Shown here: positions 36,270-51,045 of the stretch, in pieces
Layout of the letters: every line of letters begins with the position of its first letter
Position numbering within the stretch: the first letter of the stretch is position 1
Assembly: GCF_030684315.1 (NCBI RefSeq)
Contig: NC_081375.1
Coordinates: forward strand, 37,554,068 to 37,618,067
From: Stegostoma tigrinum
Taxonomy: Eukaryota
Length of the DNA stretch: 64,000 nucleotides
Direction: 5' to 3'
Made by a program: the position numbers and the translations under genes
The notes under the pieces: generated by a model
Told to the model about the DNA's origin: nothing
The model's input: only the letters and a program-made list of their open reading frames with translations
Databases searched by the model: none

Positions 36270-38224
36270 GTGAGGGATTTGAGCTGTTGGTCACATTGTA
36301 TCCAGGGGCTGTCCTGTTTGAATGTCTCTTCAACTGAAACGTGTAACATTGTTCCCGTTATCTGAGGAATTTCTGGCTTGGCTCAACCCGCCTGGGTGAG
36401 GTCATTGAATTATTCTCAACTAACGGAGTCGTTTCTAATAAAGCTTGGATGTGGCTGAGTTCTTTTATTGGTGGGTGGGGGGATTTTGGTGTTTTTTTGG
36501 ACAATTTTTGTTTGAAAGAAAATTCCTTTTTTTTAAAGACTGTGTGTCCCTTTTTTTGTGTAGTTCAACATTTAGGTTTTCTTTCTTCCTTTCACTCCTT
36601 TTTTCCAAATTAGAAATGAGGCTTGTATGGGGAGGGGGGTCGGGGCATAAATAAATGCGTCCCATAATGGGCAAAGTGAATGTGGTGATTGCAGCAAGTC
36701 AGAAGTAAGCCACGTTTGGGGAGTGGGTGGGAGTTGGTCTGTATCAATGGAGTATCCTGTATTTTTTGCTGCATGAAATTATTCAGAATATGGAACCGTA
36801 CGCTTGGATAACCGAGAACGTCAGCTGAGAATGATGGTCATTCTTCCCATTTTAAGCTCTAACAAACTGTGAGTGACTGCAACGAGTGGGCCACCTTTTA
36901 TACAAGTCATATTCCAATATATGCTTATGACTTAATAGTTTGTGTGTGTGTGACTGATACTCCTGCTGCACCCCCCCCCCCCCCCCCAACCCCCAAACTA
37001 AAACTCCGGTTCCCTACCATATACAGGTAACACACCAGATAAGGTCACTGTTGTTTTTGCATGTTTGTGCTCTTAGTCAAACACATTTGATTATAGCTTA
37101 TTTATTTTGGCCATGAGGTATCAATCGGACAAACAAATGAGTCTCAACATGATTGAAGAGATCTAGCTTTTCAAGATCACCCCGAAGACGTTCATTGAAT
37201 AGGATTTCTTTCACTTAACTTTAAATAGTTATAAAGTTAATCTCTCCCACAAGCAAAAAGAAATGGTGAAATGTTAACATCGTATTTTCCACTGCTCAGT
37301 TTTCCAACCTAATAATTGTCTGTAAGGGGATTCAACTGCAGAAATTTGAATTTTAGGTATGTATTTCTATAGACCACTTAATAGATGTTATCCTATTTAT
37401 AAAGATTGTGCTTGAATGTTTTGCAAATTTGCATATTTTGTTCAAGAGCTATTTGTGCACGTTCAATGGCTATACATGTACTTCATACCATATTGAAGGT
37501 CTGAGTCAGATAAAATGCACAGATTCAGTCAGCAGGAAACTTAATGGTGTTTTCTGAGTTTAAAACTTAATGAAGTATTTATGCTGCCTCAATTTCATTT
37601 GATGTACAGTAAAGGCATCATAAAGATGGGATTCATCATATTTGTGTGACAATGTATTTACAATTACAGGTTACTATTTCAGCTGCAGACAGATTTGGAA
37701 TACTTAATTTTAACATCCCCACCACTCCCAATTACTTTTGCTCTGTATGCCACCTGGTCTGTGTGATCATAGGTAGCTTTCATTCCACAGATACAGATAC
37801 AGTTCTGTTGCTCTCCTATGTTTACCCTCTTTGACCCAGACTCCTAGATACATATCTACAAGCTATCAGTGATAGGTGTACAGACTAATAACTTCAAAAC
37901 AGCACTATAAGCTTCCATGTGATCTCCAAAGAATCAAGTTTTCATAATTTTTAGATTTTGTTTTTTAAAAAAAAATTGGGCATGACATTGATACAGCAGG
38001 AAAGGTACTTTCAATATTGACCTCTTAACATAATTGCTGACCTTAAAATGTTTTAACATTAAAGTGAGCTCTCAGCAGCAATCAGTTTAAAATCCCAAAC
38101 TTCAGCTTTAACAGTACTACTTCACCCTAGTGAGGCAGCTAGTAGCTTCCAGTGTTATTTTGAACAAAGTCTCCTTACTCAATCTGAGCATACATGTATG
38201 AACCTGTTGTACCAACTTCCTTAG

Positions 38225-38362
38225 TTATGAGGAAGAGTGACTGGATCTGAAGCATTAACTCTGATTTCCCTTCTCAGATGCTGCCAGACCTGCTGAGCTT
38301 TGAACAATTTCAATCTTTTGTTTCTGCTTTACAGTATCCACAGCTCTTTCAGATTTTTATTC
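38225..38362 (+). mobile_element. Degraded PLE 3' terminus
   Basis: tgagga..gtgactgga..tgaagcattaactctga..cagatgctgccagacctgctgagc, plus tail. Confidence 0.6.
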
Positions 38363-39323
38363 TTGTAGCAAGGTGCTCCCTAGTGATTCTTATCTTTAAT
38401 TCTCTGCAATCCTTGTTTGTTTGAATGGGGAATCTATTCGCATTACACTTTTTTTGGTTAATCCAAAATTAACCTTTTTCTCCTTGTCATAGTAGAACCT
38501 GTATGGTCATCTTTCCCCAATCTCACTGGCTGACAGCGTGAGTGCAACAATGTCAGCTGTGTCCTATGTTTCAATACCTGAAAACAAATGCACCTTGCTT
38601 TCAGTAAATTTTTTTGGTTTAGATTTGTCTCCACAACAAACAGGTTATATTGCCTTGTCTTCAGGCAGATTTCATGGAGAAATTTGCATTTTCATGCAGC
38701 CAAGTAACCAAATTTTGGTATAAACTTAGAGGTTGAAGCAACAAAATGTGACGCCATTCAAGGATGTACGTAAAGCCTTTCAAAGTTCAGCAACCAAGTA
38801 AAAATGACTTGGAAATGCTGGAATTTTAGGTGAAAAAATAATTGAAGGTTTTCAAATGATTAAATTGCACTAAGTACAAAGTTCTGTGGTAGTGGTTCAA
38901 TGATGAGACACAGGCAACTAGAAGGAAATGGACCATGTAAAACAAAGATGAAATTGTCCAATTTTTTGGGGGGTGGGAAATGAATGGAGGCTATTATCTG
39001 TTCACTTTAGCCTTTCTACAAGGATTGGAAGGATTTGTACTGATTTGTGTGTTCATACTTTAAGACTTTGACATTTTTCTTTAAAAAGAAACAAGTTTCA
39101 ACTAATTTGGCAAGACTAGGGAGATTCTGAAGTGCTGCTATAAAAACGTAGTAAACAGAATATTGCATTTATCACTCACACTGACCAGTAGGTATTTATA
39201 ATGCGTAGACACTTTGACAAAGGGGAATGAATGACTTGTCACAGTGGGAGTTGAGTTGGCATATTGGGGCAAGTGAAGATCCCCATGACATTTGTCCTTC
39301 TAATTCCTGCAGCTGATGGGTTT

Positions 39324-39536
39324 AAGAGATAATAGGAACTGCACATGCTGGAGAATCAGATAACAGGGTGTAGAGCTGGATGAACACAACAGGCCAAGCA
39401 GCAACATACGATCAGGAAGGCTGACGTTTCTGACCTCGACCCTTCAGCAGACCCTTTGCTGAAGGGTCTCAGCCTTCCTGCTCCTATGATGCTTCTTGGC
39501 CTGCTGTGTTCATCCAGCTCTAAACCTTGTTATCTC
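39324..39536. mobile_element. Miniature fold-back PLE derivative (older copy)
   Basis: Tail agagataataggaactgc on the left; inverted arms agataacagggtgtagagctggatgaacac / gtgttcatccagctctaaaccttgttatct; hammerhead remnant at the centre. Confidence 0.85.
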
Positions 39537-41759
39537 TGATAATGGGCTTAGTTTGCATTTCTAAAAAAGGCGATTAGTACCTGGTCACGACATCAAAGCA
39601 ACATACTGTTTACTTTTGAAAGCTCTTGGCATCTGCTAAAACCACTGTATAGTGGAGTTGGAGTTGTTGGTGGAACATAAATATTTTGGAGAAAATGATC
39701 CAATGGCAGGAGGCATTTTTATCATGAAATTGGCGAAGGCCAATTTTTGCAGCATCATGAGTTCTGCAGGTTTGACACAACCATTCTCAAATGTGTCCTC
39801 ACCTATGACTTGTATTCCTGCCTTTGATGTAGTGCAATTGTTCTTTGGCAATTGCAATGCTCAGCTTCATTCACAAGTACTGCAAAGTAGTATCTAATGT
39901 CAAATTGTAGCAAGACCCTGACTATCTTGACTTTGACAAGTATCAAGCATTTCATATCAGCTAGAGCCTTCTCAAATATAAGCCCAGCAATTTTTTCCAT
40001 TATCTAAAATGCAGCACTGTTATTCAGTCTCTAGTTGTTACTTGTAAACATTACTTGCCTGATTTTTTTTGTTGTTGGTTGAGCTAAGCAGTGCACTGAT
40101 TGGGTCTCAGGAACAATGTCCACTCGCTGTTAGTGTACTGTGGCTGCAAAGCATACAGTACACAACTTGTGCCAAAATAAAGTTTTCTAAACTGCACCTC
40201 TGCCATCAAGATGGGCAAATTTGCAGGCCACTCAGATCCTTGAGTCTGATCTGATCTTGACTTTGCTTTGGTTTTTTTTTCCCCCCATGTTACCAAGATC
40301 CTCAACAACTCCTCTGCATCAAAATTCTGCCAGTCCCAATCTTGAATTTATTCACTGTCTTACACCATGGAACTGTGGGGATAAAAGAATTCCAAAATTT
40401 ATAACCCTCTGAGTAGAAAATTGCTCCATTACCATTTTAAACAGGTGACTACCTTTTTAGTCTGAAGTTGCACCTCAGCATTCTAGGTGGGAAATGTTCT
40501 CTTGGTATCTATCCTGTTGCACCCTGTCATAATTTGGGTTTTAGTAAGATCAGCTCTCAAGTACAAGGGTAATAACTTTGAGGACATCTTCGACCAAGTT
40601 GGCTTTATTGGGTACTGTTAACCAAGATTTTGCATAGGTACCTTATGTACCTAAGATGGCATTGGAAGTGGTAACTCTGTACGCTTTTCACAGTACTTCT
40701 GTACTTGAGTACATATGACAATAAACCTAACTATGCTTTAGGCTTCTGGTCCATATGCTGTAATTTCCTACTTAATGCCATTGAGAATATCATCAGTGCA
40801 AGGATGGAAGGTCCACAGTTACATTCTAGGGGGAGGAAAATACCACTGGCATTCTAGGAACAAATTAGTTAATTTAGTAATAATAGAAATTTCTGAAGAG
40901 TCTTTGCAAAGAGAACATCTGTGAACTTTGCTAAAATGAATATGGGCTAATGGAAATTTAAAAATAAATACCTTATTTCCTGTGTACAACTGAACTTGCT
41001 GAGGTCTCTTTGAAAGAGACCTGGGAGTGTTAAATGACTTGCACATGATGTTCTAATATTGTAACATAATACTATGGAAAGCTAGTAGGCAATTCAGTTA
41101 TATTACCAAAAAAATTTAATTAAAATGCCTGGAAGTTTTGGCAGAAACTCCAGGCTCAACCATGAGCAATATAGAGTTCATATCAGTGGCTATTTCACCA
41201 GCAGTGGGCACAGTAATGTAATGAAAATTTTCTGAAGGGCCCTGACCTTAAATGTCAACTTTCCTGCTCCTCTGCTATTGGCCTGCTGTGTTCCTTCAGC
41301 CCCATGTGATGTTGTTTCTGTTTGATTTGTCCGCACCAACCAGATATCCAAATCTGATCTAGTCTGATTTGCTAGCATTTAAGTCATATTCCTTTAACCC
41401 CTTCCTATTTACATACCCACCCAGGTGCTTAACAAATGTTGTAATTGCACCTGCCCTCCTTTTTTTGAGAAGATCTTTCCTGTCTCACCTTAAACCTATG
41501 CTGTCTTTTGGACTTGCCCACCCTAGGATAGAGACTTTGGCTATTGACCCTATCCATATCCCTCGTAACCTCTTAAAGGTCACCTGTCAGCCTCTCCCAC
41601 TCTTGGAAGTAGGCAAAAAGCCCCAGCCTATTCCACCTCCCTAAACTTGAACTCTCTAGTCTTGGCGGCATATATCCTTTTCTGCACTCTCTCTAAAAGT
41701 TTATTAAACTTAGCTCCACCATACAATTAGATAAAAGTAAAACGTGTGGGTTAGGACAT

Positions 41760-42925
41760 AATGGGTTTCAATAGAAAACAGAAGGAATAAATGGGTCATT
41801 CTAGTGTTGGCAAGTTGTGATTAAGTAACCACAGCGTCAGTACCAGGGCCAGCAGTTGTTCACTCCATGTCAATTTTGGAAATGTTGTTTCATCCTTTAC
41901 TTCAAACTGGAAAATGATACAAAGCTAAGTGGGAATGTCTTGTAAGAAAGATGTAAGGTGGCTTCAGGAAGACTTGTATAGGTTTAATGAATGGGCAAGA
42001 AGGGGGCAGATGGAATATAATGTGGGGAGGTGGAATGAGATTATCCACTTCGTTAGGAGAAACAGTTGTGTAGAATCATTATTGAAATGGTAAGAGTGTA
42101 AATGTAGAAAGGGACTTAAGGATCCAAGGTAATAAGCCACTGAAAGCTAACCCGCAGGTACAGCAAGCTATTACGAAGGCAAATGGAATATTAAACTACT
42201 TATTGTAAGAGGAATTGAGTAGAGGAGTAGTGATGCCTCTCTTGGGAAGAGTTTGGTTAGGCAGCACCTAGAGTACTATGTGCAGTTTTGGTCTCATAAT
42301 ATCAAGAAAGACCTCATTACCACAAAGGGAGTTTAGTGATAGTTCACCAGACTTCTTTGGATGATGGGACTGCCTTAAAAGAGATTGGGGAAAACTGGGC
42401 CTGTATTGGAGTTAGAACTCACTTGGAGAGTAAGAACTGCTGATGCTGGAATCTGATAAGTGTGGAGCTGCAAGAACATGGCAGGCCAGACAGCATCCGA
42501 GTAGGAAAGCAATTTTTCCTGGTCCTGTCTTTTCAGCGCTTTTAAAAAAGGTGACCTCTGAAACATACTAAATATTTAAATGGGTAGTCAGGTAGATGCA
42601 GGTAAGCTATCTTCCTTCATTGGAGAGTCTAGAAGCAGGGGTTACAATTTCAAAATTTGGTGGTGGGAGGTGTGTGCTACTTAAGTTTGAAATGAGAATT
42701 TTCTTCTACTCAGCATTGAACTTGTGGATTTCTCTCCTGTGGGGATGTGGCAGCTCAATGTTTGAGTATTTTTATTGTAGTGATTGGATTTTTGACTGCC
42801 AGTGGAATTGTGTTATGGGGATAGTGAATTTAAAAAAGCATTGCAATGTTTATTTAGCCATGATTATGTTGAATAATGGGGCTGCCTCAGTGGACTGAAC
42901 GGCCTATTCATTTGTTCAATGTTCC
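41760..42925 (+). mobile_element. Decayed CR1 LINE fragment with a nested PLE terminus (~42428-42520, -)
   Basis: gatacaaagcta..ggg, ggcagatggaatataatgtgg, cacctagagtactatgtgcagttttggtc, and 3' gaacggcctattc. Confidence 0.7.
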
Positions 42926-45019
42926 TCTGCACTTTGTAATGAAAATGGCTTGTTAGATTTCTTCTAGTAGCTAATAGTACTAGATCCCCCTACAGTAAAG
43001 ACAGCTGTAGATATTGTAAGACATTAGGATTTTTAAATTTGAGACCTCATTGAAATTGTAAGACGTAAGAATCTTTAAATGCCATTGGCACATGGTTCTT
43101 GTCATCACCCACTTCTTTAATTGGTAACTTGTAGAAAATGTCCTTTTTGGTTAAACTTTATTCTTAAAATGTAATTGGTACAGACTTGCAAATCAAATAG
43201 GGGGGAAAACTTCAACTGAAGAACTTGCCCTAGTTTAATAGAACAGCTGTGGATGTGATGGAGAGCTTTAGAAACAGGAATATTTAACGACTTCAGAAGT
43301 TCAGCTTGTGCTCTACTTTTTGTGATATTTTGTAGCTGTTTCAAGCCTCAAATATTCCTTAATTTTGTGTGCACTTTATGGGAAACCTTGTGCACAAAAC
43401 TAATTAATTCTGTCAGGCAGTCAGATTCTCAGACAATACCAACTCCAAGTAGTTTGTCAACTGACATTCTCCACCCCCCACCCCCCCATTTCCTCTGAAT
43501 ATTTGCTTTTTAATTAATGACTTCTTGCTGCTTTTGAAATGTCCAAAGTAAACACTAAAATTCCTTGGAGATGTTCTCAAAAAGCTGAGACGTGGCATTC
43601 CTATTGTATTAATTCATTACGGCCACTTGGGGTTTGTGGGTTTTCACAAGATTCTCTGAATAGTGAGTGGCGCCAAGTTAAAATGGTGTGAATAGATTTG
43701 AAATCCTCTGTCTGAACCAAACTTTTAAAAAGTGATTATCTAAGTATCAGTGCACATCTAACTTTTACATTTTAGAGCCATTAGTCCTTGTTTTACTTTC
43801 CATGTCCATATTTCTAATGGAACCTCTGTCAGATTGTGGTGTTGTAATTAAACCCTTCTACCAGTAATGTTGCTATAGCTTCTCTACTGAAGTGGAAAGT
43901 TGATTTTGCAGCTCAGCATATCTTGCACTTGTAAGGGCAAGGATACTTGAAAGCAGACTTGGACAGGAACTAATTTTAAAAAAAGGTAGGATTTTTAAAA
44001 ATTCAGTAGCAATCATGTCTTAGCAATAACTGGCTAAAGGAACACAAGTGTTGGGATAAAGCTGATGAGGTGTAATCGAATATCCTGAGAGAAGATAGAT
44101 TGTAAATGACTGACTAAACAGCTGAGATGGTAGTGCTCTACCGATGCATCTGGGTTGTCTAAACACTGAAAATACTTAGAATCGATTCTTCAAAACATCA
44201 TGAGTGCAAGGAATTTGTGGAGCATGCACACCTTTTTGAAGCAAACCCTGGAGCCACTTATGATTTGCTTTTTTTTTTAAAAAAAACTAATATTGAACGT
44301 ATCCTCCAAGCTGAGAGATGGATTGTTCTGTTAATACGGTCTCTTAAATAAGACCATTCTTTTCAAAACAATTGAAGCCTTGTAAAATATTGGGCAGGAA
44401 TGGGTATAGAGAAGTGCAATGATATTTCTTGGGACCAAGTTGATAATTGAAAAACTAACTGCCTCTTTTTTGGTATTATTCAAAATGGTGTTAAGACGTG
44501 ATATTGAAACTGTGATAACTGATCAGAGGCATATGATCAGCAAGAATTGATTTCAAATTTTCAGACATACTTTTTATTTTGTGTAATAAAACTTGAATAA
44601 TTGTCAGTGCAGCAAAATCATTGCAATATAGATTGGCTACGGAGTAATGAAGTTTTTATTTTTCCCCTCCACTTGGGTGGAGGAAAAAGAGCTGATTTTT
44701 TATTTGGACAAGAAATATGATTTGCTACTTGTCTTAAGATGCTGGATCAGATTTAGTTGGCATGGTAATGAGTTGGTTTACATGTTAACCTAATGAAGGT
44801 ACATTGGAGGTTTCACGTATTGTCTGCATCAACTTTCTGCGGAATCAGTGATAGTTTTGTCATCAAAATCTGTGACTTTTTTGTAATGTGGGTGTTGTCT
44901 GGTGCTTGCCCATTCCTCGTTGCCCTTGAATTGATTTTGGCTTTGGCCCATTTTAGAAGGTAGTTCAGCATCAGAGATTGAATCCTAAAAGATGTATTAA
45001 TGGGCTAGATTTTTTTGAT

Positions 45020-45530
45020 TGTAGGCATAGCTGGATAGGCCAGCATTGATGATTAATCCCCCTCTGTCAGAGGATAAAGAGTCAGCCACATTGCTGTACG
45101 CAAAGCATGGTAGTTTCCTTCCCTAAAGAATATTTGTGAACTTTGTTTTTTTTGTCCCTGACAATCAGCAAGGATTTCATGGTCATGATTTAGACTCTTA
45201 ATTCCAGATTTTTATTGAATTCAAATTTCACCATCCAAGTTGATTTTTGAACTCCTCCTGTATTATTTTAGAATCCCCATAGTGTGGAAACAGGCCATTC
45301 AGCCCACTGAGTCCACACTGCCCCTCCAAAGAGCATCTCGCCCAGGATCCTCCCCCACCCCAATCCCTGTGACCCTGTATTTCCATTGGCTAATCCACTT
45401 AGCCTGGATGCTCTTTGCAACTTAGCATAGCCAATCTGCTTAACATGCTCATTTTTGGACTCCAGAGCACTTCTCTGGATCGCTGGCTTGCTAGTCCAGT
45501 GACATTGCTACCATGCCACTGCCTTCCCAG
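45020..45530 (-). mobile_element. tRNA-derived SINE with a nested V-SINE/HE1 3' fragment (~45265-45465)
   Basis: Reverse-complement similarity to the SINE at 57680-58022; the nested part matches 48230-48350. Confidence 0.6.
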
Positions 45531-47363
45531 GTTGAAATTGGTTGCAACAACTGCATTTCTCTTGACTAGTTGCTCCATTTGGAAGGAAGGATTTTTCAGC
45601 TTGGAATAAATGGCGGAGGAAGTATTTTTGGCTGAAAGACTTTATCTTGAATGAATGTATGTTGATGCCAGGAAGTAATGATCAGTTTTTGAGATTATCT
45701 TTACAGAATTTTTTTGTCATCCTGACTTAAAATGCAACTTGGCTTTATGGTTTACCTTCTAATGGATCAATTGATGTAAAATTAACTTGATAGTAGGCAA
45801 AGTTGTAACTTTATGCATGTGTTTGGTGTTAAGGTGGTAAAGATGATAAATCACTTTTTAAAGTGAATTAAGATTTTTTAAATTGCAAACCATCTTCCAA
45901 TCAGATTTGAGGAACTATGAAAATTTGGCAAGTATTAATCTGTTTTATGTTGACAGCAGTTGATAGAATTGAATAACAATGTATTACTTCATATTTGGTA
46001 GTTTTGGACTAATGTTCCACTTTTTTGGTTTCCATTGGCTTTTTAAACAGGTTATTGAAATGAAGTAGTTGTGCATCTGAGGTGCTTGTTTCAATAGACC
46101 GGTTTCAAATGATGTCTGCTTCAGTGGCAATTGCACAGTTAACGTGATGAGAAATTCATAGCAGATGGCTCTTAAGCAATCTCAGCTGACCACAACTGTG
46201 CATGATTGGTCACTTGGCCACTGGTGGCACTTTGTCTGAAGGAAATGGCAGTGGAGCTGTGTAGGTAGTAACGGGTGATGCTTTGTGCAATCAAGTGCCA
46301 CTTTCTCTTGGAACTTCTGAGTTTTAAAAAAATCCATGCAGTGCAGATCTGTATCTGATTTGGTTTCTGTACTAGTTCCCATGCTTGCAAAATATGCTGG
46401 CAGCATCTACCAGAGGTCAAATCCTGTGAAATATCTGTGCACTTTGCTAAATAGATTTCAGCAGCAGAAATGTTTCGCATTTTTGAGGCCAAGATAGCAA
46501 GGGCAGCCGATGTCTGTCACCATAATCTGAAGTTAATAATAACTCCCATTTTGTATTGAATATCAGTTTGTTGAATTAATACACAAGTAGTTATCTGAAT
46601 TCATCTAAATCATTTCACTCAAATACTGTCCTGTGGGTTTTCAAAAGTTGTTAGTCATTTAACTATTTGCTAGTGACTAAATGTTATAGCTTCTCTTGTC
46701 CTAATGTGGTGGCTCATACTGGAAGGAGGCTCTTAGTCAAAAATACAATTATTTGACTATTGTAGCTGCAATATTAATTAGGGGGGCATTCTTTGATTTG
46801 AGTCTCTTGACAAGTCATGACAATACGTGAACTTTCACCGTCTCTCTTCCTACTTTACCTCTCTAATTTTTGATTTGTCAAGTGCTGACTCAACTGTTTG
46901 GCAACATCTGTACTAGAACTTGACACTTCAGATCCTTTTGAATTACAGCCATTATCACTTAATCTGCAATAGTTCCACACCCTTCTGTTGGATTAGTTGT
47001 TGCTTCCTTTTTTATTTTGGAAAACAAAAGTCCTAGGTTTGAATGTTTTTTTTGTCTCAAGATTTTTGACTTGCCTCCATTTTTTTTGTTCGTGACCCTG
47101 CCTTTTCAACTGAAAAATCCTAAGCAAGATACTTGTGCAATAGTGAGTACAAAACAGATTTGTTAATGAAACTCAGAATACAGTTTTCCTAACTTGTTTT
47201 CTTAAGTTTAGTTGCTTGCTATACAAGTCAGTTGTGATTCTCTCTTAATTTAATGTTTCCCCTCCAGGCTTTTGGTCTAATGGCTTTTTTAAAAAAACTC
47301 TGCAGAATTCATGACTGTTCACTTGAAATTGTGCCTTCTGTTTTTTACTGCAGGTAAAGTTGA

Positions 47364-47780
<417 letters not shown>

Positions 47781-48227
47781 TGACTACTATAATTTCATTT
47801 TTTAAAAAGTAAAGTAATGGACAAGTTTCTCTCAACAATTTGAAGAATTTAAGATGAGCAGTGTTTTTTTTCCTTTCAAAAGGCAATAATTTAGAATATT
47901 CTCCCTCCTTTTGAGAGGAGGATATATATATGTTTATGGTGCATGTCTGCATGGATGGTAATAATCAATACACTAAGTTTGAATGTGTTCATGAAAATTT
48001 GAGATTCATCATTGATTAGAATTTATGAACGTACCTGGAAAATAACATTATTTGCCCTGTGCAGATACTGTCTACTACTCGATAGATGAGTTGAATTTTG
48101 CACTCAGTTTTAATTGTATGTAATCTGAACCTGCAGATTCTACAACCCATGTATTTGTTATCTTCATTTTAAATTGTTAACCTTGTTGTTGCATCATCTT
48201 TTATATCACTTGTATGTTTTTTACATA

Positions 48228-48510
48228 ATCCCTCCAGTGTGGAAACAGTCCACACCAACCCTTGGGGCATCCCACCCAGACCCATCCCTTATAACCCACC
48301 TAATCTACACATTCCTGAGCACTATGGGCAATTTAGCATGGCCAGTCCACTTTTTTTGGGGGGAGGGAGGGCATGGTGTGGGGACTGTGGGAGGAAACCC
48401 ATGCAGACACGGGGAGAATGTGCAAACTCCACACAGTTGACTGAGGCTGGAATTGAACCCTGTCCCTAGCGCTGTGAAGCAGCAGTGCTAACCTCTGAGC
48501 CACCGTGCCT
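48228..48510 (-). mobile_element. HE1/V-SINE family tRNA-derived SINE
   Basis: Reverse complement begins ggcacggtggctcagaggttagcactgctgc...gggttcaattccag and contains the V-domain ggagtttgcacattctccccgtgtctgcatgggtttcctcc. Confidence 0.85.
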
Positions 48511-48615
48511 CTTAATACTTGTCCTGTTGAACATCTGATCGCTAACAATAAAGCTGTGATTTATCCAGGAATGACCTAGCTCTAGTAAAACATTGCTGTA
48601 ATACTAGATACTTGG

Positions 48616-48625
48616 CCTTTTATGG
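48616..48625. promoter_or_regulatory. Consensus CArG box in myh10 intron
   Basis: CCTTTTATGG, ~0.9 kb downstream of the first coding exon. Confidence 0.3.
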
Positions 48626-50830
48626 AATAACGTGCCACTTGTTAGCTAGTTTGTTGGGGTAAGGCTTCGACTAAACTTTGACCTTGACCAATTACCAATG
48701 GATGTACTGTCCATACATAATTTGACAGCTGATACAAGATATGCCTGTTTGCTTGTAGCAAAAGGGACAGATGGAAGAAGAAAGTTTTATGGTGGTGTCT
48801 AATTTTGGTATTTTGCTTGGAGAAAATTTGACCAGATAAGACAATACTAACTGAAGTTAGAAACCTGTTCCACTATCTATCTAGCATTCTGTCCTTTGAG
48901 AATAAAGACCAAAGTCTATTAGCTATGTGATGAATTGGTGAGTTCCAATGACCTTTCTAGAAAAGTATGTAGGGTATAGTTCCACTTTTGCTTGTCTTTT
49001 TGGTCACTTCTTGCTCTGACTTTTTTTGGGACTCACTTAGAGTCCCTTGCTGAATCTTTTGTCTATCAAACATGAAGTCTGCCATAAATGTTTGGGTAGC
49101 GTTTAAAAATACAACAAAAAAATTCCATTGAATTTTGAGCAGTAGCTTACTAAAGTAATTTTAATACAGTTTTAAAAACTCCTTTTGCCAAAAGGAAGAA
49201 AATGTTCAATAACCTGTGAATAACTCAATTTTTAAATTACTGGGAATAACTCTTAAAATATCCTTTTTAAAAAAAAATACATTATCCTTTTAAATTTAAG
49301 GATCTGTCCAATTTTCTTAACTTTTTAAAATGTTTAACATAACTTTATATACGATGCCTAAAATATCTAGTTTCATTCTTGGAGCCACCTAGAAGATCTG
49401 CAAACCCGCACAATTTGTGGAATCCCCCGAAAGTAATGGTCTCACCCATGAGCATGTGGGCGGAGTCTGCATATATCACCGTGGATGTCAGGCAACTACA
49501 GAGGATCACAAACAAGGTTACACTGTGTGCGATCTACACTGAATTCTGTCTTGTGCCATTTTTGCTGAAAGTTGGTGTATTTGAGTGGTAATTTCAGTCT
49601 GGTATCTTTTAATACCTCCATTTAGGAAAATAACAGTTTTAAATGTCATCAATACTTTAATTCTTAAGGCTTCAGTGATTTTACACTTGTTATGACAAAA
49701 GCAAGTTTAATTTGTGAATTTTGATTTCTCTTTTCAATAAACAGTGCGGTGTTTTTCAAATGCTTTAGGAGTGTCTTCCACCAGTGATGGTTATCATCTC
49801 CCCTCTTTTGCTGATTTTTGTAAAGTGGGTTGTTTTACAAAACATACGAATGTTTGAAACATTCTGATTTTGGTTCATTACTTCTACTTGTTGTTCCTCT
49901 GAAGCTCTGACTATTCCTGTTTGAAAACTTTTACAGCAAGTTGGCATGAAAAGTTATGCATTTAAATATTGCTCCAGGTTGAGTTGGAGTAAGTGCTTAC
50001 TCTTCAAAACAGTTAGTTATTATTTTTAGGTTATCTGTTTCTGTTGGATTGATTTGGTAATGGACCAATGACCATAATCAAGTAAATCCTGACTGCCTTT
50101 TCCCCTCCACACTGCTTTTATGATTATGCTTCAAAAAGTAATATGATCCAAATAACAGAAAATTAGTGGCTTGGCTTAATGTCTTCTGGCATTTGGAAAT
50201 CATAAGACATTTCGTTGCTCAGCTATAAACTAAAATTCATGGGTTACCATTGAAGAACTGTCTCCTTCAAAGTTGTCCTTTTTGCCATATTTAAACTGGT
50301 GACACGCAACAGAATTGGTTGAAACATTTGCATAATCATTCAACATCAGTTATCATACTTTAATGTAAGGACTACAACTGATTTAATGCACATGAATCTT
50401 TGTATCAGAATATCTTCATTTAGTCTTCCTTCCTGCTACGTAAGGTGTTCACATTTTTTGTAGGCCTGACTGTATTTTAAACCCAATTATGCCATAGGGA
50501 GTTAGTAGGTTGCTTAGAATCACCCCTGAAATGATGTCGGAAAATGAATGATGAACTTGGATCATTTTAGGAATTCCCCTCATGCGAGAAACTGACAGTC
50601 TTGAACTTTGCTGAATTGTTATTGTGTATTTAGACAGTGTTTGCATGCAAGATTGTTTGGTGTTGGTGTGGAGAGAGGCAGAATGTGTATTCTTGCCATC
50701 TGGAGATTAATAGACTTCACGAGTAGGAAGCCTGACACTACTTCTATTCTCTACCTGAAAAATTTCTTCTGAGATCAGCTGTAATGATGTGTTCTTGTAT
50801 TTCCATGTGAATGGCCATGTGTTGAATGGA

Positions 50831-51045
50831 AGAGATAATGGGAACTGCAGATGCTGGAGAATTCCAAGATAATAAAATGTGAGGCTGGATGAACACAGCA
50901 GGCCAAGCAGCATCTCAGGAGCACAAAAGCTGACGTTTCGGGCCTAGACCCTCTCTGATGAAGGGTCTAGGCCCGAAACGTCAGCTTTTGTGCTCCTGAG
51001 AAGCTGCTTGGCCTGCTGTGTTCATCCAGCCTCACATTTTATTAT
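50831..51045. mobile_element. Young miniature fold-back PLE derivative (84-bp arms, 9-nt loop, one-sided tail, TSD)
   Basis: Arms 50869-50952 and 50962-51045 with 1 mismatch; TSD tgttgaatggaagag at 50820-50834 and 51045-51059. Confidence 0.95.
50955..50982 (+). ncRNA. Minimal hammerhead ribozyme, sense to the myh10 pre-mRNA
   Basis: ctgatga-agggtctaggccc-gaaacgtc. Confidence 0.75.

Noticed and set aside
48440-48510. tRNA-like A/B boxes
   Set aside because: Head of a V-SINE, not a tRNA gene.
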